A stretch of DNA of 32,000 bases from Pseudodesulfovibrio piezophilus C1TLV30 (GCF_000341895.1 NC_020409.1:2700001-2732000); one strand, 5' to 3'; shown: positions 11,136 through 20,458, numbered from the stretch's first letter. Notes: generated by a model not told the origin, from the sequence alone. Numbers and translations are program-made.

Positions 11136-13520
11136 ATGCAGTCATGTTTTCGGTATCTTCTCATCGTATGGATAATCCTGGTCTGGCCTCCCTTTGTTCT
11201 CGAATGTGGGAGCGCTCGTGCGCAGGATGATGGTGTCATTCCCATGAGTGATGAGGAAAAGGAGTGGATAACCAAACACAAAACACTGCGGATCGGAATG
11301 TGGATTGATTCACCTCCGGTAATGTTTCGTGGAAAATCTGGTGAGATGGAGGGCATTGTACCGTCCTATATTGATCTCATAGTCAGTAAACTGGGGTTGG
11401 AACCCAAATGGGTCCGAGCATCAAGCCTCTCATACATGACGGAACTGGCGCGAGCCGGAGAAGTTGATATGGTGGCAGCAGTCGTCAATGAACCGGATGA
11501 AACTCGCGGACTCTTACTGTCAGTCCCCTATTTGTTCATGCCAATCGTCGTCGTCACTCCCGCGCAATTCCCGTTTATCGTCGGATTGAGGGATATGGAG
11601 AAACGGGTCGTTGCCATGGATCTTGACCATATTCCCTATCAGCGTTTTACGGCGGATCACCCCAAGGTTATCTCCATGCCGGTCAGTCAACCGGAGCAGG
11701 GATTGCAAGCCGTCGTCTCAGGTCAGGCAGATGCGTTTGTTGCTGCTCAACCCACTGTGGCCTACCTTACTCGACAATATGGGATAACCGATCTGAGAAT
11801 TGCGGCCATGACTGAGTACAGCTACCGTTATTCGGTCGGGATTCGGGCGGATTGGCCTCTTTTGCAAACTCTTGTCAATCGGGCTTTGTCCTCTATTACG
11901 GAGGATGAACGCCAGGAAATAGTTGATTATTGGACTGTGCTCAGAGAAGGGAAATGGGTTGAACGGCCTCATGTATGGCGTCTGTTGAGTTTTGGTGCCG
12001 CGATTGCGTTGCTTTTGCTGGGAGCCATGGCATATTGGAACAGAAAACTTTCAAAGGAAATTCGCAACAGCCTTCGTGCAGAAAAACAACAGCGACGTGC
12101 TCATGAAGCAACTCTTCAGGTCATCGAGTCGGCAGACATGGTTATTGTCGGGCTTGATTATATGGGGTGTGTCCAACTCATCAATAATGCGGGAGAAGCG
12201 ACACTGGGATATTCCAGAGAGGAGATCCTTGGGCGCGACTGGTTCGACCTTGTCGTGCCGAAGGAACGGTATCCTTTTGTCTGGGATGAATTTACCCGGC
12301 TTATGAATGAGGGGCGAAAGGGCGTCTCGGACGCCTTTGAGAATCCGGTTCTGACCAAGTCGGGAGAAACCCGTCATATCATGTGGCGGAATTCCATCAT
12401 GCAGGGCACATACAACGACCTCGCGCTCATATCTTTTGGTACGGATATCACCAATCGGCTGCAAGCCGAAGAGGAATTGCAGCTGACTAAATTTGCCATG
12501 GATAACGCAGCAGTGGGTATTTTCCGTATCAAGCCCTCTGGTAACATCGTCTATGCCAATCGCAAGGCTGCAACATTGGTCGGCTACAGACGCAGTGAAC
12601 TGTTACGTATGGGGATTCCTGATGTGGTTCCGGGGTTCTCGCGTGAGAACTGGCCATCCTTCTGGGAACAGATCAAGCAAAAGAAAATGGTCGTGACCGA
12701 AGGGACTGTGCGACGAAGGGATGGGACGGTTTTTCCTACTGAAGTGACAGCGTATTATCTTTTTTTCAAAGGCACGGAGCTTGTGATCGGGTTTTTCTCC
12801 GATATTACGGAAAGGAAAAGAGGCGAGGCATTACGAGAGGATGTACAACGAATGATACGGCATGATCTGCGGTCACCGACCCTGGCTGTACAAACGATTT
12901 TCTCGTTATTCAGCAGAGCGGAAAATCTTACCGAGGATCAGCGGGAGCTGCTTGATAGCGTCATGCGATCCAGTCGGCGGATGATCAATATTATTGATAT
13001 GTCCAGAGCCTTGCAGCGGATGGAAAGCGGAACGTACGTGGTCAATGCCAGGCCCGTGGACCTTGTTGCCCAGACTCGTGCGGTCATGGATGATCTGAGG
13101 CCTTTATTGGAACAAAAAAAGATAACAGTGCAGATACTCTTCTCGGGTTTTCCCATAGAGTCCACTGTGGATTTTCTCATGCAGACTGAAGATATTCTGA
13201 TTTATGGGCTTCTCGGGAATTTGATAAAAAATGCCGTGGAGGCTTCTCCGAATGGTTCTACGGTGACTGTTGATTTGGGGAATCCGGAAAGGCAGGTTGT
13301 TGTGTCCATCCACAACGAGGGAGTCATCCCGGAATCAATACGTGAGAGTTTTTTTGATAAATATGTGACTGTCGGCAAGGAATTCGGAACAGGGCTTGGT
13401 ACCTACACGGCAAAGCTCATTACAAAGACTCTGGGGGGGACGATTGAATTCATGACTTCCGAGAAATCCGGGACTGTCATTACTGTGATTCTTCCCAGTG
13501 ATTTTGAGAGTAATTCCTAG
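11136..13520 (+). CDS. Sensor histidine kinase: periplasmic solute-binding (family 3-like) domain, TM, 2 PAS, DHp/HATPase
   Basis: The signal/TM segment is LLIVWIILVWPPFVL. The periplasmic domain is about 230 aa and resembles amino-acid-binding proteins (KTLRIGMWIDSPP...). A second TM is LLSFGAAIALLLLGAMAYW. Two PAS-like modules follow. The H-box is RMIRHDLRSP, the N-box LIKNAVEAS, and the G-boxes GTGLGTYTAKLI. GGAG lies 7 nt before the ATG. Confidence 0.85.
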   Translation: MQSCFRYLLIVWIILVWPPFVLECGSARAQDDGVIPMSDEEKEWITKHKTLRIGMWIDSPPVMFRGKSGEMEGIVPSYIDLIVSKLGLEPKWVRASSLSYMTELARAGEVDMVAAVVNEPDETRGLLLSVPYLFMPIVVVTPAQFPFIVGLRDMEKRVVAMDLDHIPYQRFTADHPKVISMPVSQPEQGLQAVVSGQADAFVAAQPTVAYLTRQYGITDLRIAAMTEYSYRYSVGIRADWPLLQTLVNRALSSITEDERQEIVDYWTVLREGKWVERPHVWRLLSFGAAIALLLLGAMAYWNRKLSKEIRNSLRAEKQQRRAHEATLQVIESADMVIVGLDYMGCVQLINNAGEATLGYSREEILGRDWFDLVVPKERYPFVWDEFTRLMNEGRKGVSDAFENPVLTKSGETRHIMWRNSIMQGTYNDLALISFGTDITNRLQAEEELQLTKFAMDNAAVGIFRIKPSGNIVYANRKAATLVGYRRSELLRMGIPDVVPGFSRENWPSFWEQIKQKKMVVTEGTVRRRDGTVFPTEVTAYYLFFKGTELVIGFFSDITERKRGEALREDVQRMIRHDLRSPTLAVQTIFSLFSRAENLTEDQRELLDSVMRSSRRMINIIDMSRALQRMESGTYVVNARPVDLVAQTRAVMDDLRPLLEQKKITVQILFSGFPIESTVDFLMQTEDILIYGLLGNLIKNAVEASPNGSTVTVDLGNPERQVVVSIHNEGVIPESIRESFFDKYVTVGKEFGTGLGTYTAKLITKTLGGTIEFMTSEKSGTVITVILPSDFESNS

Positions 13521-13696
13521 ATACTAGCAGCATGAAAGGGGGTGCTTGACTCTTTTTTTGCAGAGGATGCCCACTTTAGTCTGGTAATTTTGAGACTCTT
13601 TCTATAGTCTAGACAAACTCAAATTATGTCGCCTTTTTTCAGGGCAAAACAAGTGAACACTTAAGAATTTCAGCCGATTACATGAGGTCTTTTTTT

Positions 13697-15943
13697 ATGT
13701 CCAAACTCAAGATGCCCGCGAATCTTCCTGAACCGATAATCAATGAAAACGCCAAGATAGTCTTGAACAGGCGGTACCAGAGAAAGGATAGGGAGGGGGT
13801 CGTCTATGAGACAGCCAAGGAGCTTTTCTGGCGCGTTGCTTCTGCCATAGCCGGAGAAGAAGAAAAGTACGAAAATTCCTCGTTCAAGTCCTCCAAACTG
13901 GCTCGTGAATTTTATGATCTCATGACTTCCTACAGCTTTTTGCCCAACTCCCCGACCTTGATGAATGCCGGTACCGATCTTGGTCAGCTTGCTGCCTGCT
14001 TCGTGTTGCCTGTCGGGGATTCCATTGAAGGAATTTTTGATGCCGTCAAGCATGCTGCCATGATTCATAAATCTGGTGGAGGAACCGGGTTCTCTTTTTC
14101 TCGATTACGCGCCAGAGATTCGGTGGTCGGCTCAACGGGTGGTGTGGCTTCCGGCCCATTGTCTTTTTTGAAGATTTTTAACTGCGCGACAGAGCAGATC
14201 AAGCAGGGCGGAACACGGCGCGGTGCCAATATGGGTATCCTTCGTGTGGACCATCCCGATGTGATGGAGTTCATCAAGGCCAAGGAACGGGATGGTGAAC
14301 TGAATAATTTCAACCTGTCCATCGGACTGACCGAAAAATTTATGCAGGCTGTGGAAAAGAAAGAGGACTATGACCTGATAGCCCCCAATACAGGGGAAGC
14401 GGTCGGCACGCTCAATGCTCGCGAAGTCTTCAACATTCTGGTGAACAAGGCCTGGGAGTCCGGTGATCCGGGTATTGTTTTCCTCGACCGTATCAACCGG
14501 GATAATCCAACTCCGGCCCAGGGAGAAATGGAATCGACCAATCCCTGCGGAGAACAGCCTCTCTTGCCATATGAAGCCTGTAACCTCGGTTCCATCAACC
14601 TCGGCAAGTGTTATGCCAAGGGACAGAACGGGCACGATTCCGAAATCAACTGGGATGAGTTGCGGCGGATTGTTCACCTCGGGGTCCGCTTTTTGGACAA
14701 TGTGATCGACGCGTCCATTTATCCCCTGCCCGAGATTACGGAAACCGTTGAGCGTAACAGAAAGATAGGTCTTGGTGTGATGGGGTGGGCAGACCTACTC
14801 TATCAGCTGAAGATTCCCTATAATACCCAGACTGCCGTTGACCTTGGCGAGCGAGTCATGAAGTTTGTCCGCGATGAAGCGCGTTCGGCCTCCAAGCAGC
14901 TTGCCGCAGAGCGTGGTGCTTTTGTCGCCTACGAAGAATCCATTTTTGGCGAGGCACATCTCGGCCCCTACCGTAACGCCACGACCACGACCATCGCTCC
15001 CACTGGGACGCTCTCGATTATCGCGGGGTGCTCTTCCGGTGTTGAGCCTCTCTTTGCCCTGAGCTTTGTGCGCAATGTCATGGATAATGATAGGTTGGTG
15101 GAAAGCAATCCCTTCTTTGAAGCAGCTCTCAAGGAGTCGGACGCTCATTCCGCCAAGCTGATGGAGGAGATAGCCAAGGTCGGATCTATCAGCAAGATGG
15201 ACCATCTTCCTGAAGAATTGCGTACTGTTTTTGTCACTGCCATGGATATCGAACCTCTTTGGCACTTGAAAATGCAGGCGGCTTTCCAGAAGTTTACGGA
15301 TAACGCTGTTTCCAAAACAGTCAATCTGCCATCCGAGGCCACCAAAGAAGAAATCTGGGATATCTATTGGAAGGCGTATGAGTATGGATGCAAGGGCGTA
15401 ACCGTCTACCGTGATGGTTCCAAGATATCGCAAGTCCTGTGCACCGGGGATGATGACAAGAAAAAGAAGGAAGCCGCCGGAGCCTCCTCTGTTGTCCAAA
15501 GCAGACCCGATGTCATTTACGGCTTCACCCAGAAAATCGCGACCGGATTGGGGATGCTCTTTTTGACTGTTAATGAAGTGAATGGAAAGCCTTTTGAGGT
15601 TTTTGCCACCATCGGTAAATCCGGTGGCTCCATAACAGCCAAGGCCGAAGCTATCGGGCGTCTGGTCTCCCTGGCGCTGCGTTCCGGTGTCGAGGTACGG
15701 GAGATTGTGGAACAGCTTAAGGGCATTGGTGGCGAGAACCCCAAATTCATGAAAAAACATCTGGTCAAATCAATCCCGGATGCGATCGCCTTCGTGTTTG
15801 AATCTCGGTATCTTCAGGGGGACCACGTTGATGTCCAGACGGCCTCTCTGAACAAGGAACTGTGCCCGGATTGTGGGGAGCCTCTCGTGTTTGAGGAAGG
15901 ATGCCATATCTGCAAATCCTGCGCTTTCACCAAGTGCGGATAA
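13697..15943 (+). CDS. nrdJ: Class II (adenosylcobalamin-dependent) ribonucleotide reductase
   Basis: It shows LPNSPTLMNAG, GGGTGFSFSRLR, the active-site loop STNPCGEQPL and TIAPTGT. The C-terminal tail carries CPDCG...CHICKSC. The ATG at 13697 has GAGG 9 nt upstream, whereas the ORF-track ATG at 13682 has no RBS. The start is uncertain by 5 codons. Confidence 0.93.
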   Translation: MSKLKMPANLPEPIINENAKIVLNRRYQRKDREGVVYETAKELFWRVASAIAGEEEKYENSSFKSSKLAREFYDLMTSYSFLPNSPTLMNAGTDLGQLAACFVLPVGDSIEGIFDAVKHAAMIHKSGGGTGFSFSRLRARDSVVGSTGGVASGPLSFLKIFNCATEQIKQGGTRRGANMGILRVDHPDVMEFIKAKERDGELNNFNLSIGLTEKFMQAVEKKEDYDLIAPNTGEAVGTLNAREVFNILVNKAWESGDPGIVFLDRINRDNPTPAQGEMESTNPCGEQPLLPYEACNLGSINLGKCYAKGQNGHDSEINWDELRRIVHLGVRFLDNVIDASIYPLPEITETVERNRKIGLGVMGWADLLYQLKIPYNTQTAVDLGERVMKFVRDEARSASKQLAAERGAFVAYEESIFGEAHLGPYRNATTTTIAPTGTLSIIAGCSSGVEPLFALSFVRNVMDNDRLVESNPFFEAALKESDAHSAKLMEEIAKVGSISKMDHLPEELRTVFVTAMDIEPLWHLKMQAAFQKFTDNAVSKTVNLPSEATKEEIWDIYWKAYEYGCKGVTVYRDGSKISQVLCTGDDDKKKKEAAGASSVVQSRPDVIYGFTQKIATGLGMLFLTVNEVNGKPFEVFATIGKSGGSITAKAEAIGRLVSLALRSGVEVREIVEQLKGIGGENPKFMKKHLVKSIPDAIAFVFESRYLQGDHVDVQTASLNKELCPDCGEPLVFEEGCHICKSCAFTKCG

Positions 15944-16012
15944 ATTGGACAGTCTTGATTGAGAGAAACTGCCGGAGAGTTGCCAAGGCGTTTCCCGTAA
16001 AGAGTGACGAAT

Positions 16013-16056
16013 AAAAAGAATCCCCCGGAAACAGTGGTTTCCGGGGGATTCTTTTT
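16013..16056. terminator. Bidirectional rho-independent terminator between the convergent nrdJ and REC/TPR genes
   Basis: A perfect 17-bp stem (AAGAATCCCCCGGAAAC / GTTTCCGGGGGATTCTT) with loop AGTG. It is flanked by A5 on the left and T5 on the right, so it presents a U-tract in either direction. Confidence 0.85.
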
Positions 16057-16385
16057 GGGAAAAAGTTGTTTCATGGTCTCTCTCTTTTTCGCCAAAGGCG
16101 AGGATAGGATTCTCAAGGGCATAGCCCTTGAGCCGTTGGAGACGACATCGTTTGACAATCCCGCCGCAGACGGCTTCCCGTTCTGTCGTGTCACTTTTTA
16201 TGGAAAATGTTCTGGGGAGTTCCGACAGCTTTTTCTGTTCCTGTGACTCTGTCGAGAAAGCTCCAGGCGGCAATGCCTGGAGCAGTCGAGTCATACGGGA
16301 GCGGTTGGTTTCTCGCGGATATTCAAGGAAACGGTTGTTTCAGATGAGGAAAACCGTTCGGAGCGGGCAGCGTTTCCCGATGAGA

Positions 16386-17726
16386 TTAGGCGCTGCTTTT
16401 CTGCAGTGTTTCGATCTTTCGTTTGGCCATCCTGTTGGATGGATTCAGTGCATAGGCAGCTTCGAAGAAAACCAATGCCCGATCAAGGCGACGCAGGTCC
16501 ATGTAAACAGTCCCAAGATTCATGGAGACCACTTCGCTTTGTTTGTAGAAATCAGGATTGTTCTCCAGGGCTTTTTCAAAGCAGGCCGCAGCCATCCTGT
16601 GTTCCTTGCCATCGAAGTAGGCCATCCCCATATTGTAATGCAGTCCTTCATCTTCCGGAGAAATGGTCAAAGCTCTGGTATAGTTTTCTATGGCCTCTCT
16701 CCACTTCCCTTGACCGCGCAGGGCAATTCCAAGTTTATTGAACAGGGAGATATCCTTCTTTGAGAGTTGGTTTCCTTTGCTTTCCAAAACCTTGGACAGG
16801 TATTTTTCAGCCATGCGCGGGGAAGATTGGCCCACTGCTTCGGTAATTTGTTCAGCCACGGAACCAACCAGGCTCATGGCCTCTTTCGTGGCGGTTTCCA
16901 GTGCCTTATCAAAGTACTCTTCAGCCACGTCCAGTTCTTTTCGTTTGATGTAGACCTTGCCTATACCTGTCTTGCGCTCGGTATTCAGGGGGCTGAGTTT
17001 ATCGAGCTTCTTCAAGTAATATAGGTGTTGGTCATCATCGACACCGTCGTAAGCATTGGCCAGGCGTTTCAGCGGTTCGAGGTAGAGCCGTGAGCTTTCA
17101 TGGGCCTTGAGATAACTGGCCACAGCCTTGGTATGGTCCTTTCCGGTAAGGTAGACATCTCCGCGTAACATCAGGCCTGCCGGGCTATCCGGCTTGAGAG
17201 AGAGAATCTTGTCGCTGACTTCCAAGGCTTCCTTGAGTTTCCCGGCGGTTAGAAACCGCTTGCCGATGGACATGTACTCGCTGAGCTTCCCCTGCGGTTT
17301 GAGAGTGAAAGCCATTTTTTCAATGATGTTATTCACTGAGGCTGGTTTGGAAATAACATTATTTACGCCAATTTCATAAAAGTAGGCGATATTTTCCCGC
17401 TTGGTTTCACCGACAAGAACGATAATGCGCAAGTCGGGGAGGAGCTGTTTCAGTGTAATGATTGTATCTGTACTGGGCCGGTCGGCTATCATTCGTTCGA
17501 TGAAAACAGTGCACTCGATTTTGTTTTTCTGGCACTGCTGGATTTTTTTCAGGCCAGCCTGAATCCCTTCATATGCCCAGAGGCAGTCACGCTTGGTGCC
17601 AATGGTCTTGAATATGGTGTTCGACAAAATCTTCTTGAAAAGCAAATCCTCGCTCAAGAGGATAATAACTCCTCCTTGCTTCTCAAAATAGTCGTAAAGT
17701 ATTGAATCGTATCTCTTCTCCGCCAT
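16386..17726 (-). CDS. Receiver-like (REC) domain protein with C-terminal TPR repeats
   Basis: The N-terminal ~135 aa follows the CheY-like pattern: beta1 VIILLSED, beta3 CTVFIE, beta4 IIVLVG, beta5 NVISKP. The remaining ~300 aa are tandem TPR-like helices (AxxxYxxAL and NPxxxxA motifs). GAAGGA lies 7 nt upstream of the ATG. Confidence 0.8.
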   Translation of the reverse strand: MAEKRYDSILYDYFEKQGGVIILLSEDLLFKKILSNTIFKTIGTKRDCLWAYEGIQAGLKKIQQCQKNKIECTVFIERMIADRPSTDTIITLKQLLPDLRIIVLVGETKRENIAYFYEIGVNNVISKPASVNNIIEKMAFTLKPQGKLSEYMSIGKRFLTAGKLKEALEVSDKILSLKPDSPAGLMLRGDVYLTGKDHTKAVASYLKAHESSRLYLEPLKRLANAYDGVDDDQHLYYLKKLDKLSPLNTERKTGIGKVYIKRKELDVAEEYFDKALETATKEAMSLVGSVAEQITEAVGQSSPRMAEKYLSKVLESKGNQLSKKDISLFNKLGIALRGQGKWREAIENYTRALTISPEDEGLHYNMGMAYFDGKEHRMAAACFEKALENNPDFYKQSEVVSMNLGTVYMDLRRLDRALVFFEAAYALNPSNRMAKRKIETLQKSSA

Positions 17727-17994
17727 AATATTCCTTCAGTTTTCTATAGTCCTTCCCCTAGGAAGAAGAAAAATGAGCCTCTTTGGGCTTTGTGTCAACA
17801 TACTAGCGCTTCTTGGGGATTTTGACACTTTCGAATCTATTTTTATAATTTGAAATGGGGTGCATTCGTTTGCACCAAGAAGACGCGATGTTTGAGGTTC
17901 ACTCATTTGAGAAGAGGAAAATTCAACTCTCCCAGTATATTGAATGTTGTTTTCCCATTTCATCTCATCCGCGATGGTGAATGGTTACCCCTGC

Positions 17995-18705
17995 TCAGGC
18001 AAACCAGTTTGGGACATGAATCCCACCATTTTTCAGTTCATCTTCCAGTTGCAGGTACTCCGGGGCATAGTGGGCAACAAGGGACCAGTATTTTTTTGAG
18101 TGGTTCAGGTGGACGGTATGGCAGAGTTCATGAAGCAGCAGATGGTCCAGCAGTTCGAGGGGCAGGAACAAGAGTTTGGCGTTGACGCTGATTGTTCCTC
18201 GGGCGGAGCAGCTTCCCCAACGGGTCTTTTGGCGGCGAACTCTGAGAGCCTCATAAGGGAGGCCCAGTCTTCGGCTCATGGCATCAAGTCGTGGCAGAAT
18301 GAATTCCCGTGCCTTGTTCGCTGTCAAGAGTCGGAGTGCCTCAAGAAGCGCTTGGGGGTCGTTTCCAGGCCCGCTGACCATCAGTCGAGAGCCGTTTTCG
18401 ACAATGGAGAGACGTCCGGGGCGGTCCACATAGCCTATTTCATAACTTCGTTGGCTCGCTTGAAAATCCACCTGAGAAGGTAACTCGGGCACACGGCCGG
18501 AAAGATCGGTTCCTCTCGCTTCCATTGTCGCTTTTGTACGTTCTATCCAACGTTTCTTTTCGTCAAGGATCCCCGGAACAAGACTTGGATCGAACCGCTT
18601 CGGGATAACCACTTCCAGACCTTTACCCGGCACGAGCTTAATAAGAACCCTTTTTGCCCGACTGTTTTTTTTCAGTCGCAGAGGGATACCACAATATTCG
18701 GTCAT
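17995..18705 (-). CDS. YgjP-like metal-dependent hydrolase (DUF45 / M48-like, HExxH)
   Basis: It carries the family signature RWGSCSARGTISVNAKLLFLP...LLHELCHTVHLNHSKKYW. Its ATG overlaps the stop of the upstream gene (ATGA). Confidence 0.85.
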   Translation of the reverse strand: MTEYCGIPLRLKKNSRAKRVLIKLVPGKGLEVVIPKRFDPSLVPGILDEKKRWIERTKATMEARGTDLSGRVPELPSQVDFQASQRSYEIGYVDRPGRLSIVENGSRLMVSGPGNDPQALLEALRLLTANKAREFILPRLDAMSRRLGLPYEALRVRRQKTRWGSCSARGTISVNAKLLFLPLELLDHLLLHELCHTVHLNHSKKYWSLVAHYAPEYLQLEDELKNGGIHVPNWFA

Positions 18706-19148
18706 TGATTCTCGGGGAAGGAGGATATGGTCTCTTCGGAGCGGACACGTATGCCATTTTTCATGAGCAGGTCCGCAAAGCAGCCGTTGCCTGAAATTCG
18801 GGTGCCGGAAAATGTGCCGTCATAGATGATACCACTGCCACAGGAGGGTGACCGGGCTTTGAGTATCGCTTCGGTACAGCCGACAAGATGTGCCAGTCGT
18901 AGGCCTTCTTCGGCCCCGCGCACGAACGCATTCGTGCAATCGTTCCCATGGCAGTCGAGGACGCTGGCACCTTGAATCTCGCAGGGAGGGCGCGGTGTAG
19001 GCAGTCCTCCATGGACTTCGGGACAAAACGGGATGGCTGTGCCACTGCGGACCATTTCCAGAATTGTTTCATTGGCATTTGTCTTGCCATCGTATCGGCA
19101 GAATATTCCTGCGAGACAGGCGCTGACGAGTATGGGTGATTTTCTCAT
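18702..19148 (-). CDS. DUF523 family protein (TudS-like 2-thiouracil desulfurase, [4Fe-4S])
   Basis: 148 aa. All three conserved Cys contexts of the family are present: ILVSACLAG, FCPEVHGGLPTPRPP and KARSPSCGS. The C-terminal half also shows IYDGTFSG. Confidence 0.85.
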   Translation of the reverse strand: MRKSPILVSACLAGIFCRYDGKTNANETILEMVRSGTAIPFCPEVHGGLPTPRPPCEIQGASVLDCHGNDCTNAFVRGAEEGLRLAHLVGCTEAILKARSPSCGSGIIYDGTFSGTRISGNGCFADLLMKNGIRVRSEETISSFPENQ

Positions 19149-19214
19149 GGGCAGATTCTATCCTTGATTTTCTGCAAGTCAAAGACATATTGTGCGCGCA
19201 TCTCAGGGGGCACA

Positions 19215-20372
19215 ATGAGCAATTCCTATAAAAAACGTCAGATGTACATTTTCCTGATCGTCCTTGTGATAGGGGCGCATGCTGGTTTTCAGGGATGGCG
19301 AACCCTACTCAATAATTTTGCGGTTGAAGTCGGGGGCCTGTCGGGTCTGGAAATGGGTGTTGTCCAATCGGTGCGTGAGATTCCAGGGTTTCTCGCGCTG
19401 CTTGCACTTTACGTCATCCTGATCATGCGAGAGCACAGACTCGCGGCGTTCTCAGTTATTATTCTGGGAGCTGGGGTGGCATTGACAGGCCAGTTCCCCA
19501 CGACGGCAGGTTTGGTTCTCACTACCTTGATCATGAGCTTCGGGTTCCATTATTATGAAACCATGAATCAATCCCTGACATTGCAATATTTCAGTGTCAC
19601 CGACTCTCCTCTTGTTCTCGGACGAATGCGGAGTATCGCGGCCCTGACGAATATCCTGATCGGAGGGGGCATTTTTGTCGTTGCCCGGTATCTGGATTAT
19701 TCGCAAATGTTCATCGTACTCGGCCTGATCGCCATCGGGAGTGGAGTCTGGGCGATGACCCGAGACCCGTCACAAACGGATCTGCCTGCCCAAGGGAAAA
19801 AAATGGTTTTTCGGAGCCAATACTGGCTCTATTATGTTTTGACTTTCCTGAGTGGTGCGCGGCGACAGATATTTGTTGCGTTTGCCATTTTTCTGCTGGT
19901 GGAGAAATTTGATTTTTCCGTGCAGGACATCACGATCCTGTTCGTTCTGAATAATGTGATCAACTACTTTGTGAACCCGTTGATCGGTAAAGCCGTGAAT
20001 CGTTTTGGGGAGCGGTGGGTGCTGACTCTCGAATATGTGGCGTTGACATTGATATTCTTCGGATACGCTCTGACCGAGAGCGCATGGCTGGCTGGGGGCT
20101 TGTATGTCGTGGATAATGTTTTCTTCAATTTTGCCATAGCTATCAAGACGTTCTACCAGAAGATAGCGGATAAACGGGATATCGCATCAGGGATGGCAGT
20201 TGGATTCACCATCAACCATATTGCCGCTGTTGTTATCCCGGCTTTGGGGGGCTTGGCCTGGATCGCAAACTACAGGGCGGTTTTCTTCAGTGCCGCAGCC
20301 CTGAGCATCGTCTCCCTGGTTCTGGCTCAATTTGTACCCGGACAGCTGAGAAAAGTTCAATACAATGATTGA
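19215..20372 (+). CDS. MFS-type membrane transporter (substrate unknown)
   Basis: About 385 aa with 11-12 hydrophobic segments arranged as two halves around a central hydrophilic loop (DPSQTDLPAQGKK). The ATG at 19215 is preferred to the TTG at 19164. No substrate-specific motif was recognised. Confidence 0.65.
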   Translation: MSNSYKKRQMYIFLIVLVIGAHAGFQGWRTLLNNFAVEVGGLSGLEMGVVQSVREIPGFLALLALYVILIMREHRLAAFSVIILGAGVALTGQFPTTAGLVLTTLIMSFGFHYYETMNQSLTLQYFSVTDSPLVLGRMRSIAALTNILIGGGIFVVARYLDYSQMFIVLGLIAIGSGVWAMTRDPSQTDLPAQGKKMVFRSQYWLYYVLTFLSGARRQIFVAFAIFLLVEKFDFSVQDITILFVLNNVINYFVNPLIGKAVNRFGERWVLTLEYVALTLIFFGYALTESAWLAGGLYVVDNVFFNFAIAIKTFYQKIADKRDIASGMAVGFTINHIAAVVIPALGGLAWIANYRAVFFSAAALSIVSLVLAQFVPGQLRKVQYND

Positions 20373-20458
20373 CTTGGAACGCCTTCGGGGTAAGATGTGC
20401 CATTCTTTCCCGTTGTTTCTCGAAAATGAGTGCACGGACAACTGAGATAAAAAGGACT

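Noticed and set aside
13599-13609. The 11-mer TTTCTATAGTC, shared between the nrdJ leader and the REC/TPR 5' UTR (17742-17752).
   Set aside because: Hundreds of chance 11-mer matches are expected when both strands of 32 kb are compared, and the flanks show no extended similarity.
13521-13696. A possible cobalamin riboswitch or tandem NrdR boxes in front of nrdJ. Two TAGTCT-containing segments lie at 13577 and 13605.
   Set aside because: The leader is only about 160-175 nt and I could not find a B12-box-like core. The two segments are 28 bp apart rather than the roughly 31-32 bp typical of NrdR box pairs. They also match the 16-bp NrdR palindrome poorly.
15770-16294. A 174-aa minus-strand ORF downstream of the REC/TPR gene, together with the 126-aa ORF at 15814-16194.
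   Set aside because: Both read straight through the 17-bp-stem bidirectional terminator and then overlap the 3' end of nrdJ antisense. Neither has an RBS or recognisable motifs.
17856-17876. GGGGTGCATTCGTTTGCACC, considered as a sigma-54 -24/-12 element or as a terminator hairpin.
   Set aside because: The GG-to-GC spacing is one base off the sigma-54 consensus, and there is no plus-strand gene downstream. As a hairpin it has only a 6-bp stem and no U-tract on the minus strand.
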